A stretch of DNA of 49,084 nt, counting the filler, from Streblomastix strix (Eukaryota): the NCBI GenBank assembly GCA_008636045.1. It is 3 parts of 3 records of this genome, joined end to end, with 100 filler letters (N's around TTAATTAATTAA, not from the genome) between each part and the next. Parts side by side here need not be neighbours in the genome. Positions count along the whole stretch, not along the records: positions 16,399 to 32,693 come from SNRW01000845.1; positions 32,794 to 49,084 come from SNRW01000846.1; 1 more part is not named here. The stretch is one strand, 5' to 3'. The notes under the pieces are model-generated. The model was given only the letters and a program-made list of their open reading frames with translations, searched no databases and was not told where the DNA came from. The position numbers were made by a program, and so were the translations under genes. Below are positions 22,547 through 36,900 of this stretch, piece after piece (position 1 is the stretch's first letter; each line of letters starts with the position of its first letter).

Positions 22547-25500
22547 TCAGTATCTCAATCTTTTTCTTCTCCTAATTTCCTCCTCTTTGGCCAATAGAGT
22601 GAGATCGTGAATTGCATCTAACATACACGAGGCTGACCATGCTTGTGCTGATGATGAACCTGAGAATATATTAATTAATTAAATAATTAATTAATTAATA
22701 AGCGAATAAATAATATTATGTTATTAAATTATTTTCATTATATATTTTTTTCTCTATTCATATAAATATTCAACAATCCATTAATAATCATACCAGGGCA
22801 GAATCCACCATCAACATTTGTGAGCTCGGGGAGTGACAACCATGGATTTTTATCCAACTCATTTCTCACTGAAAAGAAAGCAATCTGATTCAAAACATGC
22901 ACAAGTGCCTAGATTGGAGCAGAAAGTGGTAACTATTGATCGTATACTGATTATTAATTTATACTATTTATGTCAGTATTTAGATCTAATTTACTATTAT
23001 ATGGTGTTTATATTAGGCTCGAAGCCTGCAGGAAAGAATTTGAAGGAGAAAAAGTTTACTATCGAATCGGTGAGTCCAGATTATTCAGTTTTGGCGGACA
23101 AGTCATTTTTCCCGCATTTCTTTCAATAGTTCTTATTCCTCTTTCTCTTTCTCTTTCGCGGTCAAGATCTTTCTATATTTCTTTTTGCTTTTGAAATTCT
23201 TATTTTTTTATCTTTTCTCTGATTTTAATTTTCTCTTCTTCATCATCAAAAGAGAATTTAGAATTTGGAATGTGCTTGTGGATTATGAGAGCTCTGATGA
23301 AGAATCCTGCTACCCACACCCATTCAGGACCCTGGATGTGAATAATTAAATAGAATATATATTTGATTTGAATGAATTATATATAAGAATAAGTATAATT
23401 AATTTTTTATTATAAATTTCATATTATACAACTTTTTTTAAAACTAATTTATTTATTTCTTTTTCATCAATCCATACCTAATGATAACTAAACCCACACG
23501 CAGTAGTGAAATCATCATTGTCGCTCTGATCGTAGTGAGGTCTGTATTGCCAATCTTCTGGATCAAGTGTCGCAATTCCAATCGAGTTGTATGGATATGC
23601 GAAAGTTGTGCTGTTGATGTACCTTTTTGGGAGTAAATAGAATTATTATGAAGAAGAAGATGATTATTATTGTTGTTATTAGTTTGTTAATGTATTTAAC
23701 TGATGAATATTGGAAAATGATCTATTTGATGGAGGAGAAGCATTTCTTTGTTTCTCATTTATTCCTACATCTTTCTTAATATAGTAAATATCATCTTCAT
23801 CTTCATCATCAATAAGTTCACTAATATTCCCAACTTGCAATAAACTGTCATTTCCTTTATTACCAGTTCGCTTGAGTATATTGCTAATAGTGTCAAGAGC
23901 TTATTTCACTCTTCTTCTTCTGAGTAATGGATGAGTAAGCAGAGGATGTATAGCAAATGGATTTTCAATGATTTTATCCACTTTTTCTTTCTGTTTGATT
24001 TTCTCATCTAATATTTCATTACTTTCATCATTTTATTCTTTATCTTTGTTATCATCATCTTGTTCATCGTCTTCTTATTCTTCATTTTCAGTTTCTTATT
24101 ATTAATAATATTCATCATCTTCATCAACTAATCCAAACAATTCAGGTGCTACAACCATTGCTATGCATTGATTGGGCCTTAATTGATAATCCCAGCTTTG
24201 TTGATGGCATCCGTATACATCCTGAAAATGAATTGAGATTATGAATAAAGAATTATTTAATATAAATTATTTAAAATTATAGAAATATATAATAAAATAT
24301 AAACTAGGCAATTTAATATAATTATCAGTTTATAATATTTCATATTTACACTTTATATATTCCTCTCCTATGCACATCCTCAAAGTTGATATCAAATAGT
24401 TTTCCAGTTGTAATCGAAGTATCTGCTCTAAATATTTAACTGTAAACATCACTGATTCTCTTCTTTTCATCAAATAATTTATTTTCTTCTTTCTTTCTAT
24501 TAGAATCTTAATTTCCAAATGCAAGTGCAACAAAACTAGCTTTTCTAAATAAATTAGAATTTTCTTTTACTTAATTTTATTAATCATCTTTTCCTTGTTA
24601 TTATACATCCTAAATTTAATTTTTATTTTCTGCTCCAAATTCTTTTCCTTTTGCAATTCCTTATATTTCATCTTCTTCTTCCTTTGTTGGAATGTAGAAA
24701 TATCGATCAAAATTCGCATCTAACCGCAATTTCCATTCTCTGTAGGTCAAATATATGAAATCAGGCGAATAGATGTATTTGTTCCTTTGTTGTTATTGTT
24801 ATTGTTGTGATGATGTTTGGGATTGTTGATGATGTATTTATTATTATAATGATAATTGGTATTACAAAGATTGCTATAATGGAGTTGCTTATTGCGGAAT
24901 TTCATAATTTCTTTTCAGAATGAAAGAATATGGTTGATATTATGATGAGTAAATTGATTACTAATTTTATTATTATTACTGCTGCTGTAATATAAATGAT
25001 TATTGATGCTGCAAAACAGGATATAAGCGAGCAGCAGAAGATTAATGACGAAGAAGACCCACTTATGATTATTCTTATTAATTCAGATTTCTTTGAATTT
25101 GTCTTATTTTGGAATTTTCCTGACGAGCGATATGTTCCCAATCAGTTGCTACAACTCCATCAGGGAAAATAACTGATCTGAAAATGTGGTGCTTCTTTTA
25201 TTCATCATTTGTGTCTTTTTCTTTATAATTTAAATCTAATTTCTATTTTTCAGTTGTTAATTCGTTATTTGATTTGCTTTGTTTTTATTCACCAATGACT
25301 CCCCATGATTCTAATGCAGTCATGAATCTGAGCGTTGAATAAAGCAAACCTGCGATTTCGACTGGAAATCCATCGCGGGGTGTGGCTGGAACTCCTGAAT
25401 AAATGAATAATTATATTTGAAGTAGAAATAAATAAATTTAAATAAATAAATAAATAAAGATTCAATTATTATTAAAAAAATTTAATTTTTAATTTTTTTT

Positions 25501-28500
25501 TTAAATTAATAAATATTATCACTTATTTATCAATTTGTTTACCTCTGTTCTTTCCTCTCTCAGAATCACCCATCTTGTCGCACCACGTTCCACAATTGTC
25601 TTTATTTCCACCCAATGAGAAACTGAGTATTAATAAATATATTGAATAAATGAAAATATTGAATATTTATAACAAGAATAGATAAAGTATTATACCCAGT
25701 TGAATAGTCAAATGTGATGTCGATATTGAATCCATTATGATTCATTTTTTCATCGATTTGACGACCTATATTAAAAATAAATAAATAAAAATGTTTCAAA
25801 TGAAAATTATAATATAATTTTATTTTATTTTATTACGGAAAGTATTCTTACATATTAATTTTTCATACCAGCATTCCACTCTCTGAAGTGTATTCCTGCC
25901 GCATGAGCTGCTAAAGTTTCCTAAAATAATCATTAATTAAAAAATAAATGAAAAAAAATTAATATTTAATTAAAATAAATAAAATAAATTATGACTAATA
26001 AATATTATAATAATTGCAAACCTACAGCAAAGTCAACAAACACACTTTCTTTCCAGATTGAGATGAAACAACCCAGTCAACTTCATCAATTGCAAAAACA
26101 TCCTTAACCTTAATTAATTATTGCAATGATTGATCTTTCTATTATGAACTAATAGAAGATGATGATGAAGAAGAAGCCAATTTTTCTTTATTTCTCAATT
26201 ATTCTCGTTTCTCTTTCTCTTTTTCATTCAATTTTTCGATATTTTGTTTGTTCTCCAGAATTATGGGCAATCTTACTCCATCAAACCTGCGTGGAAAACT
26301 ATCAGTAAGAAATTCCTTTACAGCATTAATTGCATTTTGTTCTCTTTATAGAAGTTTCTATTTCTTGATTTCTTTCTTATTTAATTGCTTTTGTTTCTAC
26401 TCTTTATCATCAGAACTAATCTAATTTTTATTATCATCTTTTGTTTTATTCAATTTCTTACTATTTTTACTCCAATTCTTCTTATATGGGAATCTTCCTG
26501 TTCTATCAAAGTATAACAACTGTCTTTCCTCTTTCTGATACTATTTCTCTTTCAATCTCAGCAATTTTCTCAGTTTCTCTTATTTTTCATATTCTTCTTT
26601 ATTCTCTGGTGAAATTTTAACATCGGTTTCTTTCTATTTATTTTATTCATTATTATCATCATCTTCATCTTCATCATCATTTTCATCTTCTTTATTGAAA
26701 ACGAGATTAAACAGGACGGTGCAATAGTTCTGGACAGCCTGTGCCCACCACCAAACGGCATCGCGAGCGTTGAATCTGAATTGTAAATAATAAAATAAGA
26801 AAATAATAAAGTAAAATAATAATAATAAAAGAAAATAAATAAATAATGAATTAAAAAATGTTTTATTTTAATTATTTAAATAATATAAATTCAAACCTTG
26901 GAGTTTCACCACCTCCCATCAGATTGGGTATTAATCCATGTCTAATAAATAAGTATTGAATAGAAAATTAATTAAATTTAATATTTATTATTAAAATATT
27001 ATCATTTTAAACCTCATAACAGATCCAAATCCTCTGATAATATATGCTGCTTCAGCCAATCTACCTTAGAGAAGAAGAAGACCACTAAATATAAACAAAT
27101 TAAATAAGTATATAAAATAAATATATTAACAATTAATATATATAATTAATATAAATAAACATAATAAACATCATCTTCCACACCGAAACGCTATAAAAGT
27201 ATCTCTTCCCCACGACCTCATAAATCCAGTTACAAAATGCGGTATTCCAGCTGCCATCGATGGTGAGAAGTGCAGTGCAGATATTGACATATAATATGAG
27301 TAGTTTGATAACTGGTATGTGTTAGCATTAAACTCAGCTTATTCAAATGGGGATTACGAATTACCAGGTGATGATGATTTCTTCTTTAATTAGCCATCTT
27401 TACTATTCGAGTCTTTATTAATATTATTATTTATTTATTTTCCTTATTATCCAGTACTACTCAGAGCCTATAATCCAAAAGGCGACGGAAAAGGAGTAAA
27501 AGAAGGCGATTTCTATTCATTCTGAAGTGTGAAGTTATTGTAATAGTTATTATTAGCAGATGGAGATTAGGATATTGAGAACATTGGGCTTGTTGATGTT
27601 GATAGATTAAAAGGGGAAGGACTCACTGAACGATTTGCTGGAGATGAGAAAGATCCTTAAGTGTTTGTTTGTTATTATAAGTTTGTTGTTATTATATTGG
27701 AGAAAGATTTGCAGGAGTTGATTATTGACTCGAGTGGAGTTATGATATTTGGTTTAATTTGTTCATCTTTGATTACTGATAGATCTTTTAAAGATCCAGA
27801 TGATCCACTTCCATGTTTTCTATATCCTCTCATAGCTCTTATGATCATTTTCCCAACTCTTTGTGAAACATGAGTGAAAGAAAGTTCTTTTCCCAAAATT
27901 CTGTCTAGTAATGGAGTATGTGGAATAGCAGCTACCATCTCTATAGAAGATAGACAAAGTTATCTAATGAAGTGTGAAGATATTGATTGTTGGTAATTTA
28001 GATTACTATTGAAGTTATTGAGAGATATAATTGATTTATTCAATAAATTGCCTTATCCGCGCATAGCTAATGGAAGCGAGTTCATCTTTTCTTCAATCAT
28101 CCAGGAGACAGCAAATCTAAATAATGGTCGAATGATCTCATCAAAGTACCTCGGAACCAAATATCGAGGCAGTTTATCTTTCACAATAGCCAATTTGTTA
28201 TTCAAAAGATTAATTAAAGGCAAAAACCTCTGTTTTCTCGAAGTACTGAACAAAATCTTCTGTTTCTTTTATTTCTTCTTATCTTCTGATCCATTTTAAT
28301 TTCCTTATTAATTCTAATCACTCAATTTTTAATTCTACTAATCTGGTGAAAAAATAACAGGTTCTGGTTTTATATCCGGTTTCAACTATCCATCCACATT
28401 CCATTCATCAACGTCTCTCTGCCACATAAGACTGACTTCTGGTAATTCTTTCTTCTAAGTTATTTTCCTAACCTTATTTTGCCTTATTTTTGTCTATTTG

Positions 28501-31500
28501 TCCAATTCCTCTCTTTTCTTCTTAGCAATTTCAATCTATTCGAGTTCTTTTTGCTTGTCTTCTTTCTCTTTGATTCTTTCCCTTTCAGACTCGCCTTCTT
28601 TCTCTTCTTCCAACCTCGTAAGCAAATAATCAATCAACCAGTTCCCTTATCTTAGATTCTCCAACAGCGGATGTCCCAAATCATCCGTATTAGCAACAGC
28701 TTCCAATAGTGGTGCCACCCCAGCGATCCCGCAGTAAGTAAGCGGTTACCTGAGCTCGTTTATATGATACGCACCTCTTCTTCCTTATGTTGAATCTCTC
28801 TCTTCAGATTCTGATGAGAAAAGAAGCCAGTTGAGATCAAGAAGAGTCAGATTATTAAAAGCTGATGATAGTTCAGTAGTTGTGAAGCAGCCGTCGATTT
28901 CGCGTAGTTTGTTGGATGAGGAGTACTGTTGAAGTTGTGTTTATGATGATGATCCTTATAAATTGTATTATTATTATTATTATTTATTCATTTTAATCAA
29001 AGATAATGCCTAATCTGTAGGGATTAGTGGCAATGATGGAAAATTGGGCTAAAATTGGTTGTATTCTTGTCCTGGAGGTGGAGGAGGTTATAATTATGCT
29101 GCATCGAGTGCTGCTAATTTCAGAGAATCTGAATATTATGATTCTTATTGTTATTATTGTTGATTGGATGATTATTATTATAGTTGGAGTAATGAAGAAG
29201 ATGATGATGATGATATTATCTGTTATGGATTAGTTGGTACACTGTCAAACAGTGATCTATGCAGAACTGTAGGTCTCAATTCATAATCAACATATCCAGT
29301 TCCATCTTATTCAGATTATTCATCATCATCGTCTTAATTTTCTTCTTTCTTTTAATTATCTTCAGTTTTATCATCATTTGTATTTCCTATTTGTTATTCT
29401 TATCTATTAAAGTCTTTATTCTTTCTTATAATTTTCTTCACTTTTCCCAATCCAAGATTCCCACCTTATATTTCTGTAGCTTTAACATCACTATGTAATG
29501 TCGGAATAAGTTGTTTCAAAGCCTATCTGGAAACATCCGGAACATCCGTTGCTAAAACACAAACAGCACCAGGTGGAAAATGAGCGAAATAAACTGCAGT
29601 GTTTCTTTGTGGGTTAAGATTGAATGCATCGATTGACTAAGCGACTTTATCAGCATCTTTATTTAACTCTTCTTCTGTTAGACCAACTGGGTGTAATTTG
29701 ATACCAGCTCTTTAAAAATCGGTTTCGCGGTTTTATTCGGTTTTTCCAGAGGATGTTATGAGGACTAAATGTGAGTTGACTCCGCTTATTGTGTTTTCGT
29801 TCACTATTTTGGCTTTGGTGCTGAAAGAAATAGCAATTTTCCCTTTCTTTGTGATCAGATCTTTATTTTTCTCTATGATTTCGTCTTTTCCAATTAATTC
29901 TTCCAATTATTGTTCTTCAGTCTCTTCTTTTTCGCCAACTGCTGCTAAGTAAGACAGCATAACCAAATGACGAACAACTCCACCGACTTCCCATTGGAAA
30001 GGTTGTGGAATTTGCGCTTTTTCTTCATTTTCTGAATTTTTTTAAGTGTTTTATTGAATTTCTGGGTTTAAATTTAGGGTTTTATTCAATTCCTGTCTTT
30101 TTGATTCAATAAATCCACCACCAAATGGAAGAAGTTCGGGATATTTTGGATGGGGCTGTTATGTTGATGTCAGTAGTTTGTATTCATCATTACTCAATAA
30201 CTGATAATTTCTGTTATTCTTTTATTCAGATGTTTTTTCTTATTCAATTTTTTCCTTATCTTCTTTATCTTCCAAATTTGATTTATTTTAATTTTAATTT
30301 TTATTTGAATCTTTTTCTTTTGTTTTTTATTCTTTCTTTTCTTATTCTTTCTTCTAATTCTGTTTTTCTATGATTTATTTCATTGAATTTGTAATTACTG
30401 GAGCGCTTCCTAAATTCAATGCCTGATTGTTGTGGTCAAATACGGTACGAACTATGAATATATAAGCTCTGATATATCATATATATAATAATAAATATTT
30501 ATAGAATTATTTTAAAATATCAATACAAAAATTCAATATTTTTTTGTTTCTAAATTAATTAATTATTAATTTTCTATTAGTTCTCAGCACCATACCTATG
30601 TGTCAAAGGATGTGATCTAACCACCGATATCGCATTCTACTCTGCAGACACGTGCACATACAACTCTGAATACCCTCTAGACGCCAATAACTGATGCAAC
30701 CTCGAAAGAACAGCTCTTGCACCCAAAATTCCAGAATATGGGGAGAATTATGATAAAGGTGGTAGTTATGATAGTGAATATTGTGAATTTTGTGATTGTA
30801 TGGATTGTTTTGATGATGAGGATTGGAGTGCGGATGATGATGAAGAAGAAGATGATGATGAAGAAGAAGATGTTGTTGATACATAATTTATTGGGTATAG
30901 GAATTATGAAGCAGATGGAACTAAATGTCTCATTTGTTGTGGTATTTCATTTATCTGTTATTGTGATGGATCATTTTATAGAGTAGAAACAGAAGAAGTT
31001 TAATCTGGAGGTGTTTATATATCTTTGTCAGGAATATTGATAGATTCAGTGCTCAGATAAAAAGGATTCTTTAGATTCTTCACTTTCGAGAAAAATGGCA
31101 GATATCTTCCATCTGAAGTTTTCGCCTATTTCGACTTCTTCTAATTCCCTTCCTAATTAAATCCTAATTCTTTATCTTCTTCAATTCCATCATTATAATC
31201 CTCCTCATCCTATTCAAACCCTAATCTATAGTATATCTTATGTGTATTAGTCTCTACTTTATCTGGATATATTTCATCCATGCCTTTAGTAGTTAGTATT
31301 GGAGTTGGAGCTGATGATACAAGAGCTGCTAATGGTAATATGGAGTATGGACCTCTGTTGGTGGTGATGGGCATTCTGTGGTGGGGTTTTGGATATAGGA
31401 TATATATTATTAATAGAGAAAATATATATTTATTAAAAGAGTAATTGAAAAGAGATAGTTTAATTATAATAAAGATGATTATTTATATGTTAATCATACT

Positions 31501-32693
31501 TATTATCATGTGTAATATCAGATAAAGCCAAATTTAATCCTCTTCCTTTGAAAGGCCTCAATTCTTTTGATCCTGGACGAAGAGATGCTATTCCTACTCC
31601 TCCTGAATTATAGATCTCCGAGCCTGTATAATACGAATAAATTATTATGCAATAATATAAATGAATATAAAATATAAAAAATATTAATAAATGAATATTA
31701 ATATAATATAAATCAAAATTCATTAATTATATATTCATATTCATTATCTAATCCCCACACCCAAATCTGCCACATTCCCTCTATTTACAGCTTCTCTAAG
31801 TATTGCTGTCACCCCCAGTCGAGCGCAATATTCAACATCCGTATCTTCATTACTTGTGAATAGTTCAGCCAAAGTGAAACAATTTGGGTTAATTTGTCTG
31901 GCTGAGTCAATAAGGAATTCTGAGACTGGAAGTGGAGTGGAATGCGCGTTGTCTAGACGGAGACCGGCGAACATTGAAGCTAGGAGCTGTGTGTAGCGCT
32001 GAAGTTGGAAATATTAGAGTAAATAAATGAAATATAAATTGAATAATAATAAATTAATTTTTGATTTAATTACTATTAATTCCAATTAAATAAAAATAGT
32101 ATTCCATATATATCCATACCTTCATATAATCCCACAAGAAAGGTGAATCCTCCTCCTTCTATCCATATCTCAGCTTTAAGTTATCCCCCCAAATAACAAC
32201 TTCCCTTCTACAGTACGAATTTGATCCTTTTGCTGCAAAATCAGATGTTGGTGGAGCTCCAAAAACCCAACCGTTGCAAACTGCTGGAAGTCCCCTGAGC
32301 GAAGAAAGATGTTTTCTGAGCTTGGTGATGGTTGATTGGTTCGTTTTGGTGATTAGTTCGTGGATGGATTTTAATTCGTCGGGTATAAGTTTGTTATTAT
32401 CTGTTTCTTGAGTGTATTGTTCGATTTCTTGGTCGTTGAATTGTGGTTGAAGATCTTGGAACTGTGGTTGATATCCTTCTGCTTCTAGATGTGGTCTCTA
32501 TAGTGAGAAAGATTGCAGATACAGCAGATAATCTTCTTCTTCATCATCTTCATCTTCATCATCCAGTACAACTCCACCATACACTTGATATTCTGGATCA
32601 ATATCAGAATCTGAACTATTTTAATTCTTCAATCTCCGTCTTTCCTTCTCAAATTCCTATAAATTCCCCTCTTCATCGTATTTAGAAGCGCTT
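22547..32693 (-). CDS. AGL: Glycogen debranching enzyme (4-alpha-glucanotransferase / amylo-1,6-glucosidase), multi-exon, 5'-partial
   Basis: Motifs in order: [107 protein letters not shown]. Stop TGA at 22549-22547. Confidence 0.95.
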
Positions 32694-32793
32694 NNNNNNN
32701 NNNNNNNNNNNNNNNNNNNNNNNNNNNNNNNNNNNNNTTAATTAATTAANNNNNNNNNNNNNNNNNNNNNNNNNNNNNNNNNNNNNNNNNNNN
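32694..32793. other. Artificial contig linker (N44-TTAATTAATTAA-N44)
   Basis: Same spacer as 16299-16398. Confidence 0.97.
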
Positions 32794-32956
32794 ACAAGAA
32801 ATTAAATTTTATGCAAAATTGCTCCAATTTTTATAAAAATTTAAAATTCTAATCAAATAAATAGAAAAACAAAATTCTAATTGTTACATTTTCTTTATTC
32901 TATTAAATGTATATAAATGAGATATATAATATAAATCATACTTATTCTTCTATTAG

Positions 32957-33714
32957 ACTAGTCTGTTTGGACGGATTAATTCTCCACCCTATATATAATA
33001 GAAAGAGATCCAATATAGTATGTTCTTCCTAAACAGTTCATATATGCGCAATAACTGGCACCATTAATGAGAATGCATACTGGTCTTCTTGGAGATCTAT
33101 CACCACAAGATAGAGGTTCACATCCATATGGTTAAGGAAGTGAAACCGCTGATATTCTGATGAAGTATCCAAATATGGGATAAAATTCAACAACTGAACA
33201 ATTTGTTGGTCCCAGAGCACAATCATTGGTTCCAGTCCCATAAGGATCAGGTTTTGGAGGTGGAACAGTGGGTGGGTTGTAGTATTCATTAGAAGGGAAA
33301 GGTGTATGGAGGAATCAGATGATGATGTTATAGGAAGGTGAATAAGACTATGGAGATGATTCAGTTGAGCCAAATCCGAGTTAGACGCCAACAGCTAATG
33401 TATAGTAGAAGGAATAGAAAGAATTGAAAGGTGCAAAAGAAGTGAAAGAAAAGATCAGTTAGTTTAGTAAGGATCTGGATAGTATTGATGTGGATAAGAT
33501 AATTGCAGAAGCATCAAGTAAATTTTCTGGAGCTGATGACAAGAAAGGCAATGCTGATTAATCATCAGGTGAATCACCAACACAAACTATAAATGACACC
33601 AGTAGAGCATTTTCTGATTAACCCCCTGAACATGAAGAACCGCCAAGAGAAAGCTCAAGTGATGGTTTACAAAACAATTCAGGATCTGAGTTTGAAGATT
33701 CAGTATTGTAATGA
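32957..33714 (+). CDS. Last exon of an unidentified gene (~250 aa, mostly low complexity)
   Basis: TAG acceptor at 32954-32956, then an open table-6 frame QSVWTDQFSTLYIIERDPIQYVLPKQFIYAQQLAPLMRMHTGLLG...EFEDSVLQ*. Confidence 0.7.
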
Positions 33715-33942
33715 TAAGTAATTTTAGAGTTTATATTCATTTCACAAACATCTCGCATAATCCAATATATTATTTTCTAATATTTTTACACCCATGTATT
33801 TAAATAAAAACAATCATCTTTTTTTGCAAAATAATATGCTCCATTTTATTTAATACCTTTAATAACTCAATTTTTACCCAACATATGGATAAAAAATGAT
33901 GCGTGAAAAAAACTTATCCTTGAGTATATTTATGTTACTATA

Positions 33943-36900
33943 TCAAATAGGAGGTTATATATAATCTTCGCTATCATCATCTGAGTCATCAAATAACTCA
34001 CTTCCAAGCCAATTCAGAGCCAGAATTGCATCTTTGTCTAATGAAATACAAATTGGGTTGTATCCATCGCGAATCATCCCAGGAACTAAGTAATCATTCT
34101 GTATCTTCTCTTCTGATGTCATTGCAATCTGTTCAGTCTAATCAGCAACATACAGCTCAGAGACATCGCCTGCAAATTCACGAAGCTGCGTTAAGAAATC
34201 TCGAATAAATTACTCGAATGGTTTCATATCTTGAAGTTGTACTATATTATTGGAGAATAATTGATTTTGCTGTTCATTTAGATTAGGGAATGTTGTTGCA
34301 AGGAATTGTTTAATGAAAGATCGAACATATACATCGTTCTACATTCTAACATCTGAAGCATTTGCTGATCCTAACTTCATAAGATAATCATCAGGTTTAT
34401 TTGGATATGAATATCCAGGCATTTGCGATGAATCTTATTGGAAAGATTGTGTTAAAGAGGTTGATACATCTTGTGCAGCCATTTAATGTACAGCAGAATC
34501 ATTTTAAGCTAAGAATAATGGAATATCGATCACTTCTCTTGTTACTAATTGAATAAGAAGCATAAATAACTGACACTGAAGTCTAAACCCTTGTTTATGG
34601 AATGTGTCTGTTATAGTACTCAACACACAGTCTAAAATAGGAGCATAAAACTCTAAGAAAAACTACTGCAATCCTTCGCTTGAATTTGACTATGATCCAA
34701 TTGACCCAGTTTAAGTCTAACCTGGAATTGATACAGGTGTTACATCTGCAGATGCAACTGTCTTTATGAATTCATATAAGAATTGAAGCCCCAAATCCAT
34801 TATTGATTTCTCAGCATGTTTTACTGCCCATATTCCAGCTTCTACAACAAGTTTCATCTGTGCTCCATGTGCTGGGAGTGATGCAAGTGCTGTTGGACAG
34901 TGATGATTGAGTGCTCGTAGGAATGAGTAGAAACCTATGAAAAAAAAATTGATATAGAAAAGTAACATTAGTAAATGAATTGAAATAAAATAAAATATAA
35001 TTTTAATAATTTAATTCAATTAATAAAATACCGGATCTGTGTTCAGGATAATCTTCGAAGTTTTGTGTTATCATTTGAATTGTAGCTTCAAAAAGAGCTC
35101 CAAGGATCTCTTGAATTTGAGGAAGGATAAGATTCTAATAAAAATTATATTAATTATATTTTATAATATAAATAAATATAAATAATAAACATTTCATCAT
35201 ACTTTCAGTTTCACAATTATAGTAGTAAATAGAGTGAGCATCTCGGAATCACGCACAATCTTAGGAGTACTTGGATATTGAGGGAGTACTTATTACAGTA
35301 TTGCAGGTAGATACATAGTTGATATTGAATGTGGATCATCTGCAGTCTCAATAAACACATTGAATAGTCTTAGGATCTCCTTCCTTGTGTTTCTTATCTA
35401 CTGAGCTTCATGCATATTTGCTGCTGCATCTCCATTTGGTCCATCTCCACCAGCTTAATTGATACCAGCTTTGAGGATATTAGAACATGCAGTATACAGA
35501 CCGACACAATCCATGAATATTAGAGAGAATTATGCTACATATGATGAACCAAGAGGTGCTACAACTCTCTTGTTTATAGCAACTATTAACATAATCTGCC
35601 TCTATGCTTCTGGGAGGCTCAATTATGATCCTGTTTAATCACCTGCAATCGCCTGCATGATTCTTGTCCATTCCTGATTAGGTAATTAAAATAGCCTCAC
35701 AATTAGATCTCTTTTATCATCATCAGATGTAGCACCACTAATTATCCATGCAACAGATTCATATACGTTAAGTCTTTGACTGAATGATAGATCAGATAGT
35801 ATATTTGGAAGAGTGTTTAGCATCTCATCAACAAATCTGAATTGATCATCTGGTTGGATTGTTACAAACTTCTTCTTACACTTCTGTGCGATCTTCATGA
35901 AAGTCTCAGTTGCCATGTCCATCACACCAGGGAATTTCTCATGCATGAATTCGATCAGTTTTTAAGCGACTGTTCGAAGGAATTTCCAATGTTCTCTTAA
36001 GAAACGTGGATATAATGAGACTACAAACATAATGTTGGTTGCTACAATGGCACGTTCTTCTTGTTTCTATTTCTGATCTACAAGCATTAGGAGATCTCGA
36101 ACTATATGTATGAGGAAGTCACGTTCTTTATCAACAGCTGGAAATTGATGCATAAGATTTATAGAGATAAAAAAAATTAATAATAAATAAATAAATAAAA
36201 ATAAAAGTTTTTTACTCTTTCTCAAATTATTTCTCCTTTCATAATAAATAATATTATAATCATACGCATAGTCCCAGATATAGCACCTATTGCCCAACAC
36301 AGTGAATTGACAGCATCATATGAGAAATTGTTACTATCCTTACACTCATTCAATTTCTATAACAACAATCTCTTCATATTATCTGGGTTTAGATGTGATA
36401 AATATATAAGTGCTTCTCTCATTGTCTTGTAGAGAACTACCTGATCTGTGTCTGTTGTGAGTTATCTTGCAACTTCTCCATTGTCTTGAACAATTATGAG
36501 TACCTGGTGAAGTAAATATATAAATAAAAATAATAAATAATTTAATATTAATTTATTTATTATAATAATAATTAATTATTGATTATTATACCTCTTCAGG
36601 TTTAGCCATCCTCTCAATAAATATCTTACGAACTTTAACCAATACAGTCTCATAAGTCTACAACCTTGGTGTCTTCTAAGATTATTCCAATGCAGATGCC
36701 ATCAGAGATGATTCTTTAGTAGACATTCTTGGAATTGATGCTACACCTCTTATATTATTACTCTTATTATTATCATTACCTAATTTACCACCAATAATAC
36801 CACTAACTGGAGTCATTGAGAATTTAGAGAGAACATTTGATCTATTAGCTGGTGTTCCAAGTATTCCTTATCCAACACCACTCTGTGAATTAAATATTGA

